Of a stretch of 32,000 nt of DNA, positions 8,517 through 16,933 are shown one piece after another. Below the pieces are notes generated by a model. The model searched no databases and was not told the DNA's origin. It saw only the letters and a list, made by a program, of their open reading frames with translations. Every line of letters begins with the position of its first letter. The stretch's first letter is position 1. The translations under genes and the position numbers were made by a program. This DNA comes from Aquifex aeolicus VF5 (GTDB lineage: Bacteria; Aquificota; Aquificia; Aquificales; Aquificaceae): the NCBI RefSeq assembly GCF_000008625.1, contig NC_000918.1, forward strand, positions 990,001 to 1,022,000, read 5' to 3'.

Positions 8517-9496
8517 TACACACGAGCGTTTACCTGAACGCAGAAAAGAAGTTAGCGAGGGGGTTTTATCTGTGGACGGAAAACGATTTAATATTTCTCG
8601 ATTCTGGCGGTAAACCTGACTACACGCACTTCGGTGGTATAAATCTTCCCGTTATAAGGGACACGGATACTTCTTTTATAGGAATTGAGCCTATGGTAGG
8701 TGTAAGAGTTGGAAGGAAGAGTTACCTTAAACTCGGGATAGGCTCCACGCCCTTCGGAAACTCAAAGGTTCGTCCCACGTTTAGGGGAATATTCGAGGCA
8801 AATTACAGGGAAGAGGACATACTCCTCAGACTTACACTGAAACGGGACAGTGTAAGGGATTCCCTACTTTCCTACGTCGGGGCAAAGGATCCCCACGCAG
8901 ACAGGGAATGGGGGCGCGTTGTGGAACAGGGAGGAGAGGTTAAGTTCCAGCTCGGTAGCGGATACAGAGAAAGCTTCCTTTCTTTGAAAGGCGGTTATTA
9001 CGACATAGAAGGTAAGAACGTGAACGACAATTCAAGGTACTTTCTGGAAATTTATCCTTCCCTTTACCTCGGTAATTTACTGATAGACGAAAACTACTTA
9101 GGTCTCTTCTTCAGGTACGAGAACTACGATAAGAACGAAAATCTGTTTTACTTTGGAAACGGAGGTTACTTCAGTCCGAAAAACTTTGTACTTTTAGGGC
9201 CAAAGTACACCGGTTACTTTTACACGGACAGGTTGATGTTCAGGCTGAATCTTCTTCTGGGATTCCTGAGGTTTGAAACGGACGGTGATACGACGAACAC
9301 TCTTGCTGCAGACATCTCGGGAGAGTTTGAGTATAAGCTGAAGGAGAAAATATCACTTATAGGTGGCTTGGGCTACAGAAATTCAAAGGATTACGACGAA
9401 GTTTCTTTAAACATGGGAGTAAAATACTACTTCAACGGTCTTGAAAGCCCATTCAGGTCTACGGTGGATAAAGTAGACGAGAGGTTGTTCAAATGA
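8504..9496 (+). CDS. bcsC: BcsC C-terminal (BCSC_C-like) outer-membrane beta-barrel, encoded as a separate ORF
   Basis: The sequence shows an alternating beta-strand pattern. YFGNGGYFSPKNF resembles the conserved GGYFSPQ motif of BcsC barrels. There is no signal peptide of its own. The start overlaps the TPR ORF by 13 nt, in the -1 frame relative to it. Confidence 0.7.
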   Translation: MDKLIHTSVYLNAEKKLARGFYLWTENDLIFLDSGGKPDYTHFGGINLPVIRDTDTSFIGIEPMVGVRVGRKSYLKLGIGSTPFGNSKVRPTFRGIFEANYREEDILLRLTLKRDSVRDSLLSYVGAKDPHADREWGRVVEQGGEVKFQLGSGYRESFLSLKGGYYDIEGKNVNDNSRYFLEIYPSLYLGNLLIDENYLGLFFRYENYDKNENLFYFGNGGYFSPKNFVLLGPKYTGYFYTDRLMFRLNLLLGFLRFETDGDTTNTLAADISGEFEYKLKEKISLIGGLGYRNSKDYDEVSLNMGVKYYFNGLESPFRSTVDKVDERLFK

Positions 9497-10227
9497 TTAT
9501 TCCAGTACTTTCCTCAAAAGGAGGAGTGGGTAAGACAACTATAGCCACAAATTTAGCCTACACACTTTCCAAGAAAGCAAAAACCGTTTTGATAGACACG
9601 GATCCCCAAAACGGAGTGGCTTCCGTTTTGTGCAAGCGTCACGATATCGGACTTGCGGACATACTACTCGAAGGAACAAATTACGGGGAAACCCTCCGGC
9701 AGGTAAGGGAAAACTTTTTTATAATACCTACGGGTGCAAAAGCTATAGAGAATGAGTTTTCCTTTAATGAAAGTTTTAAGTACGAAAATATTCAAAACCT
9801 CTGTCTTAAACTCGAATCAGAAGGAGGATTTGAGTTTATTCTTTTCGACACACCTCCGGGGTATACGGTTCAGTCAAACGTACTCATGAAGTTGGCAGAT
9901 GTAATTCTTGCGGTGTTCGAAGCTGAACCCGCTTCCTACGCTTCTTTCAAGGTGTTCGAAACGCATATGTTTACAAAGGAAAAAGAAATTAGGGAAAAGT
10001 TGTGGTTAATAATAAACAAAGTAAGGGCTTCGGAAATAAGCGAAGATTTTTCATTCATTTTCAGGTACGAGGCCGGAGGGAACATCCTCGCCTACCTTCC
10101 TTACGACGAAGCCGTGTCCGTAGCCTCGGGGGAGTGCCTGCTCGTTGAGGAGTACAAACCTGACTCTCCTTTTGTCAAGCTCATGTATGAATTAGTTGAG
10201 AAATTATTGACACTCCTTAAAAAATGA
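9493..10227 (+). CDS. bcsQ: MinD/ParA-family ATPase, BcsQ (YhjQ)-like
   Basis: It has the deviant Walker A SSKGGVGKTT, IDTDPQN and a Walker B FDTPPG. It has an ATGA overlap with the barrel gene and sits inside the bcs cluster. Confidence 0.8.
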   Translation: MIIPVLSSKGGVGKTTIATNLAYTLSKKAKTVLIDTDPQNGVASVLCKRHDIGLADILLEGTNYGETLRQVRENFFIIPTGAKAIENEFSFNESFKYENIQNLCLKLESEGGFEFILFDTPPGYTVQSNVLMKLADVILAVFEAEPASYASFKVFETHMFTKEKEIREKLWLIINKVRASEISEDFSFIFRYEAGGNILAYLPYDEAVSVASGECLLVEEYKPDSPFVKLMYELVEKLLTLLKK

Positions 10228-10894
10228 GTTTTAACCTCAAAACTTTGTTTCTGTAAGTAACGCTTGCGTAGTCTACCGCCTTTATACCCTTTACTTTTCC
10301 GTTTTTAAAGCCCTCAAGCTCGAGTACGTAGGTTATCTTATCCCTTTTGTAAACCCTGCACCTTACCGGAATAAATCCTTCTTTTTTGTTAAGGATGAGG
10401 GCGTAATTTACAGCGTCAGCAACGGAGTAAGGAAAGTAACTCTTAAAGGTTATTTCCCTTTTTGTGAGCTTTCCCTCAAAGGAAACAATGTCTTCGAAAA
10501 CTTTTTTAACAGCTTTACATATTAACTCCTTTTCATTTTTTCCGTGAAGTACCAACTCCTTTCCGTTAAAACTTTCCACTTTCTTTTTCACATTTCCTTT
10601 GTTTATACTTACTATCCTGTCCTCGATATAGTAACACGTTCTGAGGAATGCCCCAGGATAAACGCTTTTTACTTGAGAAAGGTACTCTTTAGCTTTGCTT
10701 TTATTTTCCCACAAACCGACTCTTACGGTGTAATAATCTCCTATCTTTTCTATCCGTGCATGAGGGTAATCTGCGAGTTTTCGGTAAGCCCTTTCAGCGG
10801 AACTAAGATCTCTCGAAGACAGAACCTGTATACAGTAATAAGCTTCCTTGGAAAAGGAAAAGACTATTATTAAGAGGAGAAGGATAACCCCCAT
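10217..10894 (-). CDS. Membrane-anchored/exported SPOR-domain protein downstream of bcsA
   Basis: A strong SD, AAGGAGGGG, lies 6-8 nt before the ATG at 10894, inside the bcsA 3' end. The N-terminus is hydrophobic (GVILLLLIIVFSFS). The SPOR-like segment is YYCIQVLSS...YYTVRVGLWENKSKAKEYL (10631-10843). The ~135-aa C-terminal domain is of unknown type. Confidence 0.7.
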   Translation of the reverse strand: MGVILLLLIIVFSFSKEAYYCIQVLSSRDLSSAERAYRKLADYPHARIEKIGDYYTVRVGLWENKSKAKEYLSQVKSVYPGAFLRTCYYIEDRIVSINKGNVKKKVESFNGKELVLHGKNEKELICKAVKKVFEDIVSFEGKLTKREITFKSYFPYSVADAVNYALILNKKEGFIPVRCRVYKRDKITYVLELEGFKNGKVKGIKAVDYASVTYRNKVLRLKLIF

Positions 10895-13149
10895 TTAATT
10901 CCCCTCCTTATGTAATTCCATACTGTATTTAGGATATCATTTTTGAAGTAGTTGTATATGGATATGTAAACCTGTCCGAAGTCACGTAAAATTTGTTTCG
11001 TAAGTACTACAAAACCCTCAAAGGGTGTTAATTCCCTTTCCCTTTCAAGGAGGATTACCCACCTGCTGCTTGGAGCGTAAACTATATCTACTATCTTACT
11101 TACAGTTTCCACATCTTCAGGTTTCCATTCAAACTTCATTCTGAGGATATTCCTGTCCTTTTCGTAGCGAACCACTTTCGGTTTTATGTACACCAGCTTA
11201 TTTTCTACATTCCTTATTACTCCTTTTACTTCTTCACCTTCCTTGAATTCTTCCTTTGGTTTAGTTTCAAGTTTTACCGCAAGTCCTCCGAGGGATATAT
11301 CAATCACCCTTCCCAGAAGGGTTTCAGAGTCCCTGTAAATTATTATCTGGTCGTTTGATGGTATTCTGTGGAATTTCCTTCTCTGCCTTCTTTCGTAAGA
11401 AACATAGAGTGCTACCGTCATAACAAAGAAGTTAAAAGTGTTCCACCACAAGGTAATCAGAACCGTTCCCCTCTCGTCGGGGTACTGTATCCACCTGTAT
11501 ATGCCGAATAAATAACCGAGCAGGATAAGGTGATACAGGATAAAGTAAGGTTTGTAAAAGGGACTGATATAGTCCCTGTCTAGGAGTTCGCCCTTTGGTG
11601 TAACCCTGAAGGTGGGGTTCTTGGGATTTAAAAGGGTAAGTATAGATGGAATAAAGATAAATATACCGAGTATGCTTTCGTATATCTCGGATATAAAAGG
11701 CCACCTAACCCTGCTGAATAAGTAGTAAAAGAGTAACAAGCTTGCAAGAAAGTGGGGTATGGGATAGGCTAGGACTTCAGCTAAAGAAGCGTCGTATATG
11801 TGAAGTCCGAAAAGGAGGTAAGCGAGGGGAGCTATAAGGAATATAGTCCTTGCAAGTCCGAAGAACCAGAAAAAGCTAGCGTTAAAGTAAGCGAGTTTTT
11901 GATACCACTTCAAGCCCTTTTTAAGTATAGGGTTTTTGAGTATGAATATCTGGATCATTCCCTGTGCCCACCTTATCCTTTGGACTATCATTCCCGACAG
12001 CGTTTCAGGGTTCAAACCGAATATTAAAGGTCTGTCGTAGTAAACACTTTCGTAGCCCCTAGAGTGTAACTCTAACGCTGTTTCTGCGTCCTCTGTAACT
12101 GTTGTTGTCTGTATTCCCCCCACTTCTTCAAGGTACTTTCTCCTCAAGAGTGCAGCTGAACCGCAGAAAAAGGAGGAATTCCACAGGTCAAAGCCCTTCT
12201 GAATGAGGAAGTAAAACATTTCGTTCTCTCCGGGCATCCTTCCGAAAACACCGAGGTTTTTCTCTATAGGGTCGGGATTGTAAAAGGTGTGAGGGGTCTG
12301 TACGAGAAATACTTTTGGGTTTTTAACGAAGAATCCCACAGTTTCTTTTAAAAAGTCCTTTGAAGGAACGTGATCTGCATCCAATATAAGGATAAGGTCT
12401 CCTTTTGTTTTCTTCAGGGCTTCGTTTATGTTACCTGCCTTTGCGTGTACGTTCTTCTCCCTTGTAAGGTAGTGTATATTTTTGTAACCGAGTTTCCTCA
12501 GTCTTTCTACAAAGGACTTTAATTCCTCAGCCCTCTTTCTGAAGTACTCCCTCCTTTCAGGATCGGGATCATTTAGTCTTTGTTTCGTTCCCCCGTCGTC
12601 GAGTATGTAAACGTTAAACTTATCCGAAGGATAGTCCATATTAATCGCAGCAAGTGCGGTAGTTTCTGGAATTTCGGGCGGTTCGTTGTAGGTAGGTATG
12701 AACACGTCAACCGTGGGCAAAGATTCCATATCCACTTTTATGGCTTTTCTATCTATAGGTCTTATAGAGAAGAAAATACCGAGAAGTGCTATTGTTACAC
12801 TGTAGAATTCTGCAAAGTAAAGGGCTGTTGAGAAGATAAAGTTCCACACGTTGTCCGTGTTTATAGTGTTGAAAGTTCTCCACCAGAAGTACCTCAGCAT
12901 TATAAAGACGAGCAGGTACACGGTAAGGTAATGGGTATAGCCGAAATTAAACCGTTTCCATACAATGAGAAAAGCTCCCGCAAGGAGTGTGGAGTAGGCT
13001 ATGTAAAATTGAAATTCTAAGGGAGAAGGGGCTACTATGACACTGAGGTAAGTGAGAAGTCCGAAAATAAAGGTGTACTTAAGAGCTTTTATAAATAAGT
13101 TTTCGTCTATGTGAAGGTTAAACTCGAATAAAGTAAAGCGCTCTGTCAT
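10870..13149 (-). CDS. bcsA: Cellulose synthase catalytic subunit (GT2) with C-terminal PilZ domain
   Basis: GT2 motifs are present: DDG, ILDADH, FFCGS, TED (12088-12096) and QRIRW (11968-11982). The PilZ motifs RRQRR and DISLGG fall within 11113-11391. The ATG at 13149 is preceded by AGGAG; the track start at 13152 is a TTG. Confidence 0.92.
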   Translation of the reverse strand: MTERFTLFEFNLHIDENLFIKALKYTFIFGLLTYLSVIVAPSPLEFQFYIAYSTLLAGAFLIVWKRFNFGYTHYLTVYLLVFIMLRYFWWRTFNTINTDNVWNFIFSTALYFAEFYSVTIALLGIFFSIRPIDRKAIKVDMESLPTVDVFIPTYNEPPEIPETTALAAINMDYPSDKFNVYILDDGGTKQRLNDPDPERREYFRKRAEELKSFVERLRKLGYKNIHYLTREKNVHAKAGNINEALKKTKGDLILILDADHVPSKDFLKETVGFFVKNPKVFLVQTPHTFYNPDPIEKNLGVFGRMPGENEMFYFLIQKGFDLWNSSFFCGSAALLRRKYLEEVGGIQTTTVTEDAETALELHSRGYESVYYDRPLIFGLNPETLSGMIVQRIRWAQGMIQIFILKNPILKKGLKWYQKLAYFNASFFWFFGLARTIFLIAPLAYLLFGLHIYDASLAEVLAYPIPHFLASLLLFYYLFSRVRWPFISEIYESILGIFIFIPSILTLLNPKNPTFRVTPKGELLDRDYISPFYKPYFILYHLILLGYLFGIYRWIQYPDERGTVLITLWWNTFNFFVMTVALYVSYERRQRRKFHRIPSNDQIIIYRDSETLLGRVIDISLGGLAVKLETKPKEEFKEGEEVKGVIRNVENKLVYIKPKVVRYEKDRNILRMKFEWKPEDVETVSKIVDIVYAPSSRWVILLERERELTPFEGFVVLTKQILRDFGQVYISIYNYFKNDILNTVWNYIRRGIKWGLSFSS

Positions 13150-13328
13150 CAACTACTCCTATTTTTAAAGATATTTCTCAAGTCCTCTATAGTCAGAGTC
13201 CTTTTAAACTGCTTTTTTTCCGCTTCCCTTTTTTCTTCCTCCTCCTCTTGAACTATGTGGTTTACTATTTTCCACTTTTTAGCTAACCTTTTGAACCTCG
13301 CCTCGTCCCTGAAGGAGAAATCATCCAT
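13149..13328 (-). CDS. Candidate 59-aa charged helical micro-protein upstream of bcsA (below the ORF-track length cutoff)
   Basis: My hand translation gives MDDFSFRDEARFKRLAKKWKIVNHIVQEEEEEKREAEKKQFKRTLTIEDLRNIFKNRSS. Its TGA (13149-13151) shares one base with the bcsA ATG (TGATG). No SD is present, so it could simply be the bcsA 5' UTR. Confidence 0.35.
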   Translation of the reverse strand: MDDFSFRDEARFKRLAKKWKIVNHIVQEEEEEKREAEKKQFKRTLTIEDLRNIFKNRSS

Positions 13329-13351
13329 AGGTTATAGAATAATATCTTAGA

Positions 13352-14191
13352 GTGGGAAAGTATAAGAACCTTTACATAGGATGCAGCGGCTTTTCATACA
13401 GGGACTGGAAGGGAACCTTTTACCCTTCTCACATACCGGAAAGTGAGATGATAATTTATTACGAACAATTTTTTAACGTGGTTGAAATTAACTACACCTA
13501 CTACACTATGCCTCATCCCTATACCTTCCAGAGTTTTTTGGAGAAAACGAAAAGGCTTAGGTTTGCGGTAAAGGCAAATCAGGTATTTACACACGAGAGA
13601 AACTACACAAAGGAAGATGTAAAGAAATTCATCGAAGGTATTAAGCCACTCCTTGAGGAAGAGGAGAGGTTCATAGCTATACTATTTCAGTTTCCCGAAA
13701 GCTTTCGCTACACCCCTGAAAACCTTGAATATATTAAAAGGCTTTCTCTGGACTTTGCGGGAATAGACAGAGTAATAGAGGTAAGGCACAGGAGTTTTGC
13801 AAACAGGGAATTTTACGAGTTCGTTGAGGAAGTGGGCTTTTCCACCCTCGTCAACGTGGACGCTCCGAAGGTAAAGGGACTTTTGATAGGACCGTGGGTA
13901 TCCGTGGGAACGATAAATTACGTAAGACTTCACGGTAGGAATAAAGAAAAGTGGCACGCACACAAGGAGGCTTACGAGAGGTACGACTACCTTTACTCGA
14001 TAGAAGAGTTAGAGGAAATTAAAGAAAAGATATTGAGGATTTACGAGGGAAAAGATACTTACGTGTTTTTCAACAACCACTACAGGGGCAAAGGAGCCCT
14101 CAACGCCCTTCAGTTAAAAGAGCTCTTCGGTGAGGAAGTTAAAATACCAAAGGGACTTCTTTCCACTTTTGCACCTAAATTATGGGAGTAA
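13352..14191 (+). CDS. DUF72 (UPF0759, YecE-like) family protein
   Basis: N-terminal IGCSGFSYRDWKGTFYP and C-terminal RLHGRN...YDYLYS..EL...YVFFNNH..G.A..NA match the DUF72 pattern. It has a GTG start. Confidence 0.8.
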   Translation: MGKYKNLYIGCSGFSYRDWKGTFYPSHIPESEMIIYYEQFFNVVEINYTYYTMPHPYTFQSFLEKTKRLRFAVKANQVFTHERNYTKEDVKKFIEGIKPLLEEEERFIAILFQFPESFRYTPENLEYIKRLSLDFAGIDRVIEVRHRSFANREFYEFVEEVGFSTLVNVDAPKVKGLLIGPWVSVGTINYVRLHGRNKEKWHAHKEAYERYDYLYSIEELEEIKEKILRIYEGKDTYVFFNNHYRGKGALNALQLKELFGEEVKIPKGLLSTFAPKLWE

Positions 14192-14204
14192 TTGGAGGTG
14201 TGGT

Positions 14205-14525
14205 ATGGACAGGATAGCTTACTTCAAGAGTTTACTTGAGAAAAATCCGGACAACCCTATGGTTCACTATTCCCTAGGACTTGAGTACTTCAAAGTGAAG
14301 GATTACGAAAATGCCATAAAGCACCTTGAGAGGTACTTAGAACTTCAGGAAGACGAAGGTGCGGCTTACAGAACTTTGGCAAAGTGCTACGAGGAACTTG
14401 GAGAGTTCCAGAAGGCTATAGAAGTTCTGGAAGAAGGAATAAGACAGGCGATGAAGTACAATCACCCCTCCATGGCTCAGGAGTATCAGCAGTGGATTGA
14501 GGAGTTAAAGGGAATGGCTTTCTAG
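14205..14525 (+). CDS. Small TPR-like protein (106 aa)
   Basis: The ATG at 14205 has GGAGG 6 nt upstream. It contains two or three TPR-like helical hairpins ([28 protein letters not shown]; [25 protein letters not shown]). The upstream ORF extension overlaps the DUF72 gene. Confidence 0.6.
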   Translation: MDRIAYFKSLLEKNPDNPMVHYSLGLEYFKVKDYENAIKHLERYLELQEDEGAAYRTLAKCYEELGEFQKAIEVLEEGIRQAMKYNHPSMAQEYQQWIEELKGMAF

Positions 14526-15826
14526 TCAGTCAGTTCTCCGTGCAGGTACTTGTCGTAAGCGGATAGGTCAAAGTATCCGTGTCCTGAGAGGTTAAAGAGT
14601 ATCACTTTTTCTTCACCGGTTTCCTTGCACTTTAGCGCTTCGTCTATGGCTGCTTTAATTGCATGGGCGGACTCGGGTGCGGGAACTATGCCTTCCGTTC
14701 TCGCAAACGTTACAGCTGCTTCAAAAACTTCCGTCTGCTTATACGCCACGGCGTCTATGTATCCCAAATTGTATAGTTTACAAACTAAGGGGGCGTCTCC
14801 GTGGTACCTCAGGCCTCCGGCGTGTATAGGCGAAGGAACGAAGTCGTGACCTAGTGTGTACATCTTTATTAAAGGCGTCAGTCCTACACTGTCTCCGAAG
14901 TCGTACTTGTACTCCCCCTTCGTCAAAGTGGGGCAAGCTTCGGGCTCAACCGCCAGAACCTTTAAGTCTTCCTTCCTCTTGTCTCCCCTCAGTACGTCCG
15001 CCAAAAATGGAAAGGAAAGTCCTGCAAAATTACTCCCTCCGCCCACGGCTCCGATAATAACATCGGGGTAGTAGCCGGCTTCTTCCATCTGCTTTTTGGC
15101 CTCAAGACCTATCACCGTCTGGTGGAGCAGGACGTGGTTAAGTACGCTCCCGAGGGAGTACTTTGTATCCTCCCTGCTTGCGGCTTCCTCTATTGCTTCG
15201 CTTATCGCTATTCCCAAACTGCCCGGATGTTCTGGGTTTTCTTCGTAGTACTTCCTTCCCGCGTTTGTGTAAGGACTTGGGGAAGGTATCACTTCTCCTT
15301 TCCAAGTTTCCATAAGTATCCTTCTGTAAGGTTTCTGGTTGTAACTCACGCGAACCATGTAAACCCTGCACTGAAGATCAAAGAACTGCGTTGCGAAGGA
15401 AAGAGCACTGCCCCACTGTCCCGCTCCCGTTTCCGTAGTAAGTCTCTTTACTCCTGATATCTTGTTGTAATAAGCCTGTGCCACTGCAGTATTGGGCTTG
15501 TGACTGCCGGGAGGGGATACACTTTCGTTTTTATAGAAAATCTTTGCAGGCGTGCCGAGAAATTCTTCAAGGTTCTTAGCTCTGTGCAGGGGCGTAGGAC
15601 GCCAGAGAGAGTATATATCGAGAACCTCTTCGGGAATATCAATCCACTCCTTGTCTGAGACCTCCTGCTCTACGAGCGGTTCGGGAAATATAGCGAGTAG
15701 TTTTTCCGGCTTTACGGGTTCCATAGTTTCTGGATCTAACGGGGGTTCAAGGGGTTCGGGGAGTAGCGGGAGGATATTTAACCACTTTTTAGGGATTTCT
15801 CCCTCCGAAAGAAGAAATTTTCTCAT
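14522..15826 (-). CDS. trpB: Tryptophan synthase beta-chain paralog, TrpB2 type (PLP enzyme)
   Basis: It has the PLP-lysine motif GSHKPNTA and the glycine loop [11 protein letters not shown]. The 434-aa length and N-terminal extension are typical of TrpB2. No other trp genes are nearby. Confidence 0.85.
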   Translation of the reverse strand: MRKFLLSEGEIPKKWLNILPLLPEPLEPPLDPETMEPVKPEKLLAIFPEPLVEQEVSDKEWIDIPEEVLDIYSLWRPTPLHRAKNLEEFLGTPAKIFYKNESVSPPGSHKPNTAVAQAYYNKISGVKRLTTETGAGQWGSALSFATQFFDLQCRVYMVRVSYNQKPYRRILMETWKGEVIPSPSPYTNAGRKYYEENPEHPGSLGIAISEAIEEAASREDTKYSLGSVLNHVLLHQTVIGLEAKKQMEEAGYYPDVIIGAVGGGSNFAGLSFPFLADVLRGDKRKEDLKVLAVEPEACPTLTKGEYKYDFGDSVGLTPLIKMYTLGHDFVPSPIHAGGLRYHGDAPLVCKLYNLGYIDAVAYKQTEVFEAAVTFARTEGIVPAPESAHAIKAAIDEALKCKETGEEKVILFNLSGHGYFDLSAYDKYLHGELTD

Positions 15827-15830
15827 AATA

Positions 15831-16916
15831 TTAATTTAGCTTAACGTAATCCCTATCCCTTTTCCATCCGCCGAAGTAATATAGAACCTTTTCCTCCGGA
15901 AGCTTTTCCTTCGCACAATTCAGGGCGTAATTCACGTCAAAGGGCATCATGTCCGTCCCGAAAATGAGAGGTGCCCCTATCTTATCCACAAGGTCTATCG
16001 GGTTAATCCTTTTCGTTCTCTCCTCACCGAGGGCTTCTAAATAAATTTCCCTATAGTAGCAGGTGAAGTTTGGTTGCATGCAGAGGAGCAAGTTGAGCTC
16101 TTTTACTCTCCTTATCTGGTCCTCACTTATTAGTTCCGCGTGTTCTATACGGTGGTACTTGAGCTTTGGCTCAAGTTTTTCAAAAGCCTTTATGGCGACC
16201 TCTATCGCTCCGTCCCCTATGGCGTGAAGGGAAGCCCTTAGGTTCAAACTCTCCAGTTCCTTCAAGATTTTTAAGAGTTTCTCTTCAGAGATTAAAAGTT
16301 TTCCTTTTGTTTTAGTATCTCTGTAGGGCTCCTTCAGGTGAGCGGTTCTGGCGGAAATAGAGCCGTCAAGGTAAACCTTCACCCAACCAAGTTGGAGTTT
16401 CTCACTTTCCCCTTTTTGTTCAAATAGTTTTAAAACACTTTTTAAACTCTCGTAGTAGGGCATAAGGACCACGTTTATCGGAAGCTCTTCGGAGAAGTAA
16501 ATCCTTGCAACTTCCTCGTCAACGTAGTCGTGAACCTCTGAAATTCCCATCTCCTTTGCCTTTTTAAGGGCATTCCTTATTGCTTTTCTCAGGGCTTCAC
16601 CCTTTGGTTTTAACTTGTTTGCCGCTTCCCAGAGTTCGTGTTCCACAAGGAAATAGCCCTCTTTATTCAGGAGTTTCTTCATATGTTTGTTCAAAATCCC
16701 TTTGTGTCCGTCCTTGTAGATTAGGAGAAGAGGGAAGTTAACGGTGTTTAAATCTTCGGGCGTAATTCCCAGACCGTAATCAAGTCCGTAGGCAACCAGA
16801 TAATCCCTTTTTAGGGATTTCAAAAACTTTAAGAGCTCTTCCTTTTTCTTGAATTCGTGAAAAGGGACCTCAGATATGGCGAAGAGCTCCAGGTGCGTGT
16901 GGGCGTCTACGAGCAT
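15831..16916 (-). CDS. Metal-dependent amidohydrolase (Amidohydro_3 / YtcJ-like)
   Basis: Metal ligand motifs are present: DAHTHL, KVYLDGS, HAIGD, RIEH and FGTDM. It lies 4 nt downstream of trpB2. Confidence 0.65.
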   Translation of the reverse strand: MLVDAHTHLELFAISEVPFHEFKKKEELLKFLKSLKRDYLVAYGLDYGLGITPEDLNTVNFPLLLIYKDGHKGILNKHMKKLLNKEGYFLVEHELWEAANKLKPKGEALRKAIRNALKKAKEMGISEVHDYVDEEVARIYFSEELPINVVLMPYYESLKSVLKLFEQKGESEKLQLGWVKVYLDGSISARTAHLKEPYRDTKTKGKLLISEEKLLKILKELESLNLRASLHAIGDGAIEVAIKAFEKLEPKLKYHRIEHAELISEDQIRRVKELNLLLCMQPNFTCYYREIYLEALGEERTKRINPIDLVDKIGAPLIFGTDMMPFDVNYALNCAKEKLPEEKVLYYFGGWKRDRDYVKLN

Positions 16917-16933
16917 AATTTAAAATTTTCTTT
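16917..16933. promoter_or_regulatory. 17-nt divergent amidohydrolase/valS intergenic region centred on a palindromic TTTAAA
   Basis: The sequence is AATTTAAAATTTTCTTT. TTTAAA (16919-16924) lies 2 nt from the minus-strand ATG and 9 nt from the valS ATG. There is no SD on either side. Confidence 0.35.

Noticed and set aside
10210-10235. TTAAAA-AATGAG-TTTTAA inverted repeat at the bcsQ/SPOR-gene collision point, as a bidirectional terminator
   Set aside because: The stem has six A:T pairs and no G:C pair. It is far too weak to be a credible intrinsic terminator, especially in a thermophile.
14625-15839. Several 64-111 aa ORFs on both strands within trpB2
   Set aside because: They are overlapped entirely by a motif-rich TrpB2 CDS and have shadow-frame composition.
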